This document shows positions 1 to 6,615 of a stretch of DNA of 13,023 bases, one piece after another. The stretch comes from an uncultured archaeon (GTDB taxonomy: Archaea; Asgardarchaeota; Lokiarchaeia; Sigyniarchaeales; Promethearchaeaceae). How positions within the stretch are numbered: position 1 is the stretch's first letter; every line of letters starts with the position of its first letter. Position numbers and translations under genes: made by a program. A model generated the notes under the pieces. It did no database searches. It was given only the letters and a program-made list of their open reading frames with translations, and was not told where the DNA came from. The DNA is taken from NCBI GenBank assembly GCA_964426185.1, contig CAYRPF010000082.1, positions 1-13,023 of the forward strand. Reading direction: 5' to 3'.

Positions 1-124
1 ATCTTCGCAGCTTTTTTATCACCTTCATATAGCATGGTACACCCCCACATGCGTGGGGAGAATTGTTTGACGACATCAAGCGAAAGATTCCTGGGCGGTA
101 CACCCCCACATGCGTGGGGAGAAT
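1..124 (-). CRISPR. Leader-proximal end of a type I-E CRISPR array (continues beyond the left edge)
   Basis: Identical 28-bp repeats at 36-63 and 97-124 (minus-strand reading ATTCTCCCCACGCATGTGGGGGTGTACC; hairpin CCCCAC-GCAT-GTGGGG), 61-bp period. Spacers of 33 bp at 64-96 and 3-35. Bases 1-2 (AT) match the expected end of the next repeat. Orientation taken from similarity to the E. coli I-E repeat and the position of the leader and cas2. Confidence 0.97.
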
Positions 125-322
125 ACTAACTTTTTCGCCCAATTTTCCAATTCGGAAGAAATTTTTAAAGATAAATTTTTTTAGTGATTTCCTTCCTCAG
201 CACTAATAATACAATAACATTTTCCTATTTTAAATATTTGGAGAAGAAAATTCGTTCGATATTTGCCAGTTTTTAGCTCTTTTGAACAGATGAATTTTCA
301 CAACTTCTAAATTTAATTAGTT
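125..322 (-). promoter_or_regulatory. CRISPR leader
   Basis: AT-rich non-coding 198 bp between the cas2 stop and the first repeat. Ends ...AAAAAGTTAGT at the repeat junction. TATA-like TTTAAAAA at 169-162 (minus). Confidence 0.8.
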
Positions 323-1501
323 TTAGAAAAGCACTTGTTCATCCAATCCTCCTGATTTTAACAAATAAAAATACAATCCTAAAATAATTTTCAAGAGATT
401 AAATCTTCCGATTGGAATGATATTCTTCTGAATTTGTGTAACTGCATCACCCTTAAACATTTGATAATATTCCGAAAATTTAGAGGAATATTGTAGCGTC
501 AAGTCTTGGTTACACTTAGAATTAAATAATTCAATTAATTCTTCAATGGTAGAAAAGTGTTCAGAAATATCATAGATTTTTAAGAATTCTGGTGGTGTAA
601 ATTTATTCTCCTTTGAAAGAAGCGAAAATTGGGAAAGAATTTTTTCCCGATGCATAAGAATGAGTTGATCGATGTTTTGGAAAAATGGCCAAAATTGAAA
701 TAACAATGCAGGAGCTTGGGATCTTTGTCTTGTCATATTAAATCCTTGATGAAAACTCAGAGTAGGACATTGTGTTTCTTGAGAAACATAAATTGAACAT
801 AGACCGATAACATTAACATAACCTTCAGCGGCTTTTGGAGAATAATCAGTGGTTTCCAAAGAGAAGCTCAAAATTTTTTCCGATTTTTTTTCAGGGTGAT
901 TTTTCAATTCCATATTCCATAGATCTAGACAAAATTTGCTTATATTTTGAATTTCTGATATTTCAGAGTGAGCCCAAACTCTTTCTGGGGGGTATTCAAA
1001 ATATGAAGATTTTGCGGCGTAGTTTGAAATATATTGGTTGTTTTCCAAACGGATGCTGAATGTTCGGGTAATTAAGTTGGGAGGAAAATTTTTCGGGGTG
1101 GGCCAGCTAATTTTTGCAGCCATACCGGGCTTTATATCCAGACGATTTGCAAAATATGTGAATGGATTGAATTTTGTAGAATTTGTTGAATTTTTTTTGG
1201 CATTATTAGTAGAAGGAGCAGTAGGTATTGTCATTAAATTAATTCCTTCGAAATTACGGGAGGTTCTACTGAACGATCCGATTGATTTGATTTGATATTT
1301 TTGTTCGTTAGCAGCGGGTTCAATAAAAATAGCACCTCCCTTAAGTATATTTTTAGATATCTTTTCCCAAAGAAGATCTCTAACTAGACGTGAAAGAGTT
1401 CCAATAAACACACCTGATTTTACTTCAATCATCCAGCGAGTAATTTCGCCCCTTAAACTGGCTGGAAATTTTTCGGTGATGAGAATAGATAATTTTGTCA
1501 T
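323..1501 (-). CDS. cas2: Type I-E Cas2 fused to a long C-terminal extension containing a degenerate RNase H-like (YprB/DEDD 3'-5' exonuclease-like) domain
   Basis: aa 1-93 carry Cas2e motifs (P.SLRGEITRWMIEVKSGVFIG, VRDLLW, NEQ.Y, R....FEG..L). The gene is directly downstream of cas1, with RBS-like GGAG upstream. aa 210-380 contain LSFSLETTD..., IYDI and GRFNLLKI, which align by eye with the FDIETTG, HIDL and YNxxDV motifs. The Cas2 call is firm; the C-terminal domain call is moderate. Confidence 0.92.
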   Translation of the reverse strand: MTKLSILITEKFPASLRGEITRWMIEVKSGVFIGTLSRLVRDLLWEKISKNILKGGAIFIEPAANEQKYQIKSIGSFSRTSRNFEGINLMTIPTAPSTNNAKKNSTNSTKFNPFTYFANRLDIKPGMAAKISWPTPKNFPPNLITRTFSIRLENNQYISNYAAKSSYFEYPPERVWAHSEISEIQNISKFCLDLWNMELKNHPEKKSEKILSFSLETTDYSPKAAEGYVNVIGLCSIYVSQETQCPTLSFHQGFNMTRQRSQAPALLFQFWPFFQNIDQLILMHREKILSQFSLLSKENKFTPPEFLKIYDISEHFSTIEELIELFNSKCNQDLTLQYSSKFSEYYQMFKGDAVTQIQKNIIPIGRFNLLKIILGLYFYLLKSGGLDEQVLF

Positions 1502-1522
1502 CGTTTAGCACTCCAATCTGAT

Positions 1523-2542
1523 TTAATCACTTCTCTCAAGTTTCTCAAGTTTCTCAAGTTTCTCAAGTTTCTCATAATTAATGCCACCTTTTATGAGGCC
1601 CTCATCGGGATCCCAAATATCTCCAGCTACGGCTTCTCCTGCGTCAATTTTTAAATCCGAGAGCAAGGAGGGAATCGAATCTGCATTTTTGTCATCAGAA
1701 CGAGAGAAATCCAACAAGATATCAATATCTGGGAGAATTCGTTCAATTAAGTGAGTTTGATAAAATAAATCACGACAGGCTATTCGCACCCGTTGTTCTA
1801 AGTTAAAAGGACTTTCGGCAACCATCTGAAACACTAAAGGAATAATTATTTCTCCTTTGTAAAGGTCCCCAATATCGAATACAAACGAAAGCTGTTGCCC
1901 CGTATGAATGAAGCCTAATGCGGGTGAATAACCAGCAGACACAATGGCAGCATGACAGAGGCCATATAGACACGAATTTGCGATTGAAAGTGCGCGATTC
2001 AACGGATCACCTTCATCCCATTTTGTTGGATTATATTTTCTACCTTTCCATTCCAACCCTGCAGCTTCGGCTGCATCTTTATATATTTTTCGCATGCGGG
2101 CGCCTTCCATTCCCCGCATCTGTTTTATCGTTAAGTCGGGTGAGAGAGATTCTTTAAATCGCAACATGTACATGCGTCTTACTACCTCGGTGCGTAACTC
2201 TTTATCGGAAACTAATTTCGCTTGGTGAATTATTTTTTTAGCGGATCGTGTTTCTCCGGTTCCTAATGCATAAAATCGCACTCCATGTTCACCCAGCCAA
2301 CACACAAGACAACCATTCCGAGCCAACGATTGGATAGCAGAGTGAGTGATACTGGTTCCAGGGCCGAGAAATAATAGAGAAAGATTTGCACATGGTACAG
2401 GTGTTTTTCCAAATCGGTCAAAAATAGCGATAGCTTTGGAATCTTGTTCAATTTTACAGTGTTCTACATATAGATATGAAAGTCCGTCACGAAATTTGGG
2501 TAATTCACGTAAATTTTGGGGCATTTGAATTCCTTCCATCAT
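1523..2542 (-). CDS. cas1: Type I-E CRISPR-associated integrase Cas1
   Basis: Motifs LSYLYVE, LGPGTSITH, MRGMEGARMR (catalytic E), GYSPALGFIHTG (H) and SFVFDIGDLYK (D) are all intact. The true start may be the ATG at 2524 (GGAAGGA upstream). Confidence 0.98.
   Translation of the reverse strand: MMEGIQMPQNLRELPKFRDGLSYLYVEHCKIEQDSKAIAIFDRFGKTPVPCANLSLLFLGPGTSITHSAIQSLARNGCLVCWLGEHGVRFYALGTGETRSAKKIIHQAKLVSDKELRTEVVRRMYMLRFKESLSPDLTIKQMRGMEGARMRKIYKDAAEAAGLEWKGRKYNPTKWDEGDPLNRALSIANSCLYGLCHAAIVSAGYSPALGFIHTGQQLSFVFDIGDLYKGEIIIPLVFQMVAESPFNLEQRVRIACRDLFYQTHLIERILPDIDILLDFSRSDDKNADSIPSLLSDLKIDAGEAVAGDIWDPDEGLIKGGINYEKLEKLEKLEKLERSD
1535..1574. repeat. 9-bp tandem repeat (CTCAAGTTT x4 plus partial) in the cas1 3' end, encoding (EKL)4
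   Basis: Perfect copies at 1535, 1544, 1553 and 1562, then CTCA. Confidence 0.95.
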
Positions 2543-2594
2543 TTTATATATGACTGGTTTTCGATGTTGCTAAATTAAACTTACAAGTAATTCT

Positions 2595-2614
2595 TTTATA
2601 AATATTTAAATTTC
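2595..2614 (-). promoter_or_regulatory. Candidate archaeal-type TATA boxes for a separate cas1-cas2 transcript
   Basis: Minus strand reads GAAA-TTTAAATA-TTTATAAA, about 55-70 bp upstream of cas1. The AT-rich background weakens specificity. Confidence 0.4.
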
Positions 2615-2705
2615 GATTGCCTATGTATTTCTTAAATCATTAATCTAACGCATCAATAAAGCAAAGCAGAAAAGCAATCATAAAAAAATATACAGATATC
2701 CAATC

Positions 2706-2760
2706 CTAAAAATCAATCAGTTTAGAAATCAATTAGTCTAAAAATCAATCAGCATAGAAT
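2706..2760. repeat. 16-bp imperfect tandem repeat x3 plus partial
   Basis: CTAAAAATCAATCAGT (2706-2721), TTAGAAATCAATTAGT (2722-2737), CTAAAAATCAATCAGC (2738-2753), ATAGAAT. Confidence 0.85.
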
Positions 2761-2831
2761 TTGACATAATTTGCTGAGGGTCAAACTAACGTTTTAACGT
2801 GATAAGGAGCTAAATTCACAAATGGTTGAGA

Positions 2832-2852
2832 CATAGTAATCGGATTACTATG
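2832..2852. repeat. Perfect inverted repeat with 10-bp arms and a 1-bp centre (candidate operator or hairpin)
   Basis: CATAGTAATC-G-GATTACTATG in the cas6-cas1 intergenic region. Confidence 0.85.
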
Positions 2853-2923
2853 GATAAGTGAAGCATTAACCCAGACTTTGGGTATAATTCGAAAAAAAAT
2901 TGAATGTAAAACAACTAAGCCAT

Positions 2924-2960
2924 AAGAAGAAAAAAAGTTAAAAAAAGAAAAGAAAATAAA
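2924..2960 (-). terminator. Oligo-T tract terminator candidate downstream of cas6e
   Basis: Minus strand has two T7 runs (2946-2940, 2936-2930) and TTTTC units 17-50 bp after the cas6 stop, with no GC-rich hairpin in front. This resembles archaeal intrinsic terminators. Confidence 0.5.
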
Positions 2961-2976
2961 GGTAGAATAAGATAAA

Positions 2977-3843
2977 TTACGACAGCATCAACAATCCGAA
3001 TCCATAGGCTTTCGCAGGACCGATACCATTGATTAAAGTTTGAATAAAGGTTTCGGGATCAGTGACGACCAAAATTCCATCAAAAATAACCGAAAAGAAG
3101 GTCAATTTGATCCTTTTCGCTTTTGATTTCTTATTTAATTTCTCATCTTTGGTTTCATCATTTAGTACTTTGTACCCTGCAAATTTTCCTTCGGGTATCC
3201 CAACTACGTTAATTTTACTCAGATCTAAACCGGAATCCGCACCATTTTCAACACCGTTTTTTGAAGATGAAAAGTGGGAAAGTACTTGCTCAACAGAAAA
3301 GCGATTTGGATGATAAAGATCTTTTTTCAACTGGACTTCTTGTATTTTAAAGCCACCGCTTTCAGCCTTGCGAATCAACCACTTAATCTGATCTTCTTCC
3401 TTGTAAAGCGGCATTCTTCTACCGTTGGATTTCTTGCCTGCTAAGCGTTCTTTTTTAGTGGTAGTACCCACCTTCTTCGTGACGTTTGCTTTCAACCTGA
3501 AGTGAAATTTCTGCCCACTGGCAAATTTAAAGGTAGAATAATCGACCTCTTTAACTGCAACTCCTGGGTTTTCATCTGATGGATTGGTGTTAGTGAAATT
3601 TACCGTATATCCTGGTTTTAAGTGGGACCAATTCGGTTTTTCTTTAGATTGAACTAGCAGTTTTGGAAAAATGTCACGTTTAGATGCATCCAGATAATAA
3701 AGTACTTGAAGATTTTCCCTACATGACTCCGAATGTTGTCCAGAAAAGGCGTTCATTATAGTTCGATGCATCTCATGACAGTTTCCCAGATCACGACGGG
3801 CTTTAGAATTACGTGGATTTAGATACAAACATGAAAGATACAT
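2977..3843 (-). CDS. cas6e: Type I-E crRNA-processing endoribonuclease Cas6e (Cse3/CasE)
   Basis: MYLSCL.L N-terminus, MHRTIM catalytic His, LLVQS...P.W, F.FRLKAN, and C-terminal Gly-rich loop GIGPAKAYGFGLL. Confidence 0.97.
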   Translation of the reverse strand: MYLSCLYLNPRNSKARRDLGNCHEMHRTIMNAFSGQHSESCRENLQVLYYLDASKRDIFPKLLVQSKEKPNWSHLKPGYTVNFTNTNPSDENPGVAVKEVDYSTFKFASGQKFHFRLKANVTKKVGTTTKKERLAGKKSNGRRMPLYKEEDQIKWLIRKAESGGFKIQEVQLKKDLYHPNRFSVEQVLSHFSSSKNGVENGADSGLDLSKINVVGIPEGKFAGYKVLNDETKDEKLNKKSKAKRIKLTFFSVIFDGILVVTDPETFIQTLINGIGPAKAYGFGLLMLS

Positions 3844-3844
3844 T

Positions 3845-4615
3845 TTATTTCACCTCCGGAGAATTTCCACTTTGTTTGTCGCTTGTAGCGGTAATTTCAG
3901 CCATCCCAGGGTTTTTCATGTATTTCACTTGTACACGACGGGCTCTGTACATTCGACTCCGCTGTAAAGTTATTTCGTCATAACGAATTTCAGACCCCGA
4001 AATATCTTCCAGCACACAACGAAGTAAAGCTGGAGGTTCATTTCGGGGATCTTTGCGTTTTGGGAGATATGAAGGAAAATATGATCGAGGTTCCCAAGGA
4101 ATCCGAGCCAATGCATCATCTATAGAAGCATATTCGCGAGTTAAGCCTTCAAATACCGGACGAGTCGGAACACAACTTTTTCGCCCCAGATATAGCAGCC
4201 ATTGTGGTGATTGAAGAGCTTCTGCTATTTTCTTCAGTAGTTCACTATCACCTTGCAATACGACTAAAAAAGAAGCGTCTTCAAGATACATTTTCGGAGT
4301 CAGAATGGTATTCGATTCTTTTCTTTCTTTTCTATCCGCTTGTAGTACCTTTCCTGTAATTGTCTGAAAATCCCGAAGCAAAGTTCCTGGGATTTCAGTG
4401 CGGACACCCATTAATAATCGGGAAGATATTTTTTCTAATTCTGCATCAAATCGAGGCAAGCCTAAAGCACAACCAATTAATCCCACGATTCCACTTTTAG
4501 AAGGTTCCGTTCCAGTATCCCGCATATCCCAGCGAGATTCAAGCCCCCATGATTGGAGCGGTCCTTCTAACCGCATTACTAACAAAAGGGGGTTTTGTTC
4601 AGTAATTTTAATCAC
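3845..4615 (-). CDS. cas5e: Type I-E Cascade subunit Cas5e (CasD)
   Basis: RLEGPLQSWG, R.T...PSKSGIVGLIGCALG, DFQT, YLEDASF, LYLGRKSCVP. The start overlaps the cas7 stop; exact start codon uncertain. Confidence 0.97.
   Translation of the reverse strand: MIKITEQNPLLLVMRLEGPLQSWGLESRWDMRDTGTEPSKSGIVGLIGCALGLPRFDAELEKISSRLLMGVRTEIPGTLLRDFQTITGKVLQADRKERKESNTILTPKMYLEDASFLVVLQGDSELLKKIAEALQSPQWLLYLGRKSCVPTRPVFEGLTREYASIDDALARIPWEPRSYFPSYLPKRKDPRNEPPALLRCVLEDISGSEIRYDEITLQRSRMYRARRVQVKYMKNPGMAEITATSDKQSGNSPEVK
3850..3857 (-). promoter_or_regulatory. Ribosome-binding site GGAGGTGA for cas6e
   Basis: GGAGGTGA lies 6 nt upstream of the ATG at 3843. GGTGA/GTGA motifs also precede the ATGs at 8202 and 5765. 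Confidence 0.8.
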
Positions 4616-5774
4616 CTTGAAGAACAGATGTCAAAGAATCAACTAATTCTTGAATATTTTCTTTCTTTTCAAAATTTTTGGGGATTGACTCCTCAAGATT
4701 GTTGAAATCACGACCTTCAAACCAGAATTGGTGGGTTGCCTCAAGATTGAAACGTTTAGAAAGAGTATTGATGTGATTTACTAGCTTTTCAACAGAAACT
4801 TCTTCTAAATCCTTCTTACCATAAGGTGAAGCAGGAGACACAAAGGCATTTGCAAAACTAACAGGACATTTCATAGGGCGAACTACCACAGCCACTACTG
4901 CAGGTAATTGATGAGCAGCGAAAGTGTTTTGCTTACCAGACGGTGAAGTAAAAATGGCCGCTTTCAAGAATGCTTCAATGGTTTTAACCATTAAATTTCG
5001 GAGTTCAGAATCATTTTTGCTCTCAAAATTGTCTATAAATTGCTCTGTATCGAAAGAGAAATATTTATAGAAGCAAGATGAATTAAATTCGATATCACCC
5101 ATCATTGCCGAGCCTTGATCCTCCATATCTCCTCCTCTTTGTTGAAGATCATCAACGGCAGTAAAGAAGTCAAATTCATTGAATATCTTGTTGGTTGAAA
5201 TTGCATGAGCAACCTGCATGGAAGCTTCTTTATCGACGAAAGCTTCGGAGGTGATCATACGACCAAACAAGGAAATGTCTGCAGTAATAGGAATGATCCC
5301 CATCTTCTTTATTTCATTTTGAAGATCTTTTGCCTTCTTTTTCTTGAAATCAGCAATATCTTTGCTATTTTTGATAGCTTTTTCAATAACATCAGTTACC
5401 TTCTCTATATCTGCCTGTGAGAAGAACATAATTTGCTTTGTTTTATAATCTTTTGTTTCTTTTGCATCTTTATTTCCAAATCCAGTTGCTTTTTGAGCAG
5501 CTTCTATAGCAAAATCTTCTGAAATACCTCGTTCAATCAATTTTTCCTTAACGAGATCAGGTAAATGACGGGTTCTAATTCCAATTCCAAAATCTTTCAT
5601 GGTTTCTTGGAAAATGGGTGATTTTCGAATGGCATATTTCAAACTTTGACTCGAAACACGAGCTCGAGGATAACCCCCGAAATTGCAGCGTTTAGGACTC
5701 CCAGTATCATCTCGATTGAGATTATTGGGAGCATAGTTGTGGAGCATGTGAATTTCTACTAACATGGTTTTCAC
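4608..5774 (-). CDS. cas7e: Type I-E Cascade backbone subunit Cas7 (Cse4/CasC)
   Basis: EIHML...PNNLNRDDTGSPK...FGG..RARVSSQSLK, DISLFGRM, QVAHAIST, DFFTAVDD, PSGKQNTFA, SFANAF. Likely start is the ATG at 5765. Confidence 0.98.
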   Translation of the reverse strand: MKTMLVEIHMLHNYAPNNLNRDDTGSPKRCNFGGYPRARVSSQSLKYAIRKSPIFQETMKDFGIGIRTRHLPDLVKEKLIERGISEDFAIEAAQKATGFGNKDAKETKDYKTKQIMFFSQADIEKVTDVIEKAIKNSKDIADFKKKKAKDLQNEIKKMGIIPITADISLFGRMITSEAFVDKEASMQVAHAISTNKIFNEFDFFTAVDDLQQRGGDMEDQGSAMMGDIEFNSSCFYKYFSFDTEQFIDNFESKNDSELRNLMVKTIEAFLKAAIFTSPSGKQNTFAAHQLPAVVAVVVRPMKCPVSFANAFVSPASPYGKKDLEEVSVEKLVNHINTLSKRFNLEATHQFWFEGRDFNNLEESIPKNFEKKENIQELVDSLTSVLQGD

Positions 5775-5813
5775 TTTTTTATTATTTCATTTTGGTTTAG
5801 TCAAAAAAATATC

Positions 5814-6506
5814 TTAATTAGTTTCATCTTTACTTTCTGATGAAGAATCTCGTGACGCTCCATAATAGGCGCGTGCCCATTCTTTTTGAACTCTTCGACT
5901 ATTATCTAAATCGCGACTCCAGAAATAAAGATCTGTTAGCAAATTATACCATGAAATACCAACTTGCTTACTGGCAACCAAACTAACACATTGGCGTAAA
6001 CGGTAGGAAAATTCTCGAAATGAATCCAAATCACCGTATTTTGGATCAAATGAACTAGAATCCAAGGAACTCTCCAATAAATTTTGGAATCTATGATCAA
6101 TACTATCGGGTTCTCCAAATTGCTTCTTAGTTAAAGCCATCGATTTTCCAAAGTTCCCCGTTCCAGACAGAGGTTGGATAGGGAATAAAGTCGCGATTAA
6201 ATAATAGATTGGTTCTAATCGGCTATTTTGCTCTGAATAAGGCAAAATCTTGTAAAACGCTGACATTGCTGGAATTGAGTCTCCTAATATGGTTCCAGAA
6301 GCGCGTTTAAGTACGGCATACATGCCTCTATTTGAATCTTCCAACTTTTCTAACGAAGAAAGAAATTTTCGAAAGACTTCTGTTTTATGGTGAGTTCTTT
6401 CTTTCAATTTTTTTTCTTCTCCCGTGGATTTATTCGAAGAAGCTTGCTGCATTTTTTGCGATTTTTTTGATTTTTGCTTATTTTGCGAGGGGTTAACACT
6501 TTCCAT
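5814..6506 (-). CDS. cse2: Type I-E Cascade small subunit Cas11 (Cse2/CasB)
   Basis: Lies between cas8e and cas7. Motifs G..A.LKR, NFG.S, RF..LL, RLRQ...L, W..L..DL..W and V...WA..YY. AGGAG RBS. About 40-aa K/S/Q-rich N-terminal extension. Confidence 0.93.
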   Translation of the reverse strand: MESVNPSQNKQKSKKSQKMQQASSNKSTGEEKKLKERTHHKTEVFRKFLSSLEKLEDSNRGMYAVLKRASGTILGDSIPAMSAFYKILPYSEQNSRLEPIYYLIATLFPIQPLSGTGNFGKSMALTKKQFGEPDSIDHRFQNLLESSLDSSSFDPKYGDLDSFREFSYRLRQCVSLVASKQVGISWYNLLTDLYFWSRDLDNSRRVQKEWARAYYGASRDSSSESKDETN

Positions 6507-6615
6507 TTTAATTCTCCTGCATTTTTTTTGTTGAAAGTAAAAAAAATAATAATTTTAATTGGTTAGATATTTTCTATGGAAATTTTTCATATCTTATCGG
6601 GTTTTTCTGTAAATT

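Noticed and set aside
835-1295. Plus-strand ORFs 835-1059 and 1038-1295
   Set aside because: Antisense shadows of the cas2 fusion, with no recognisable motifs or RBS.
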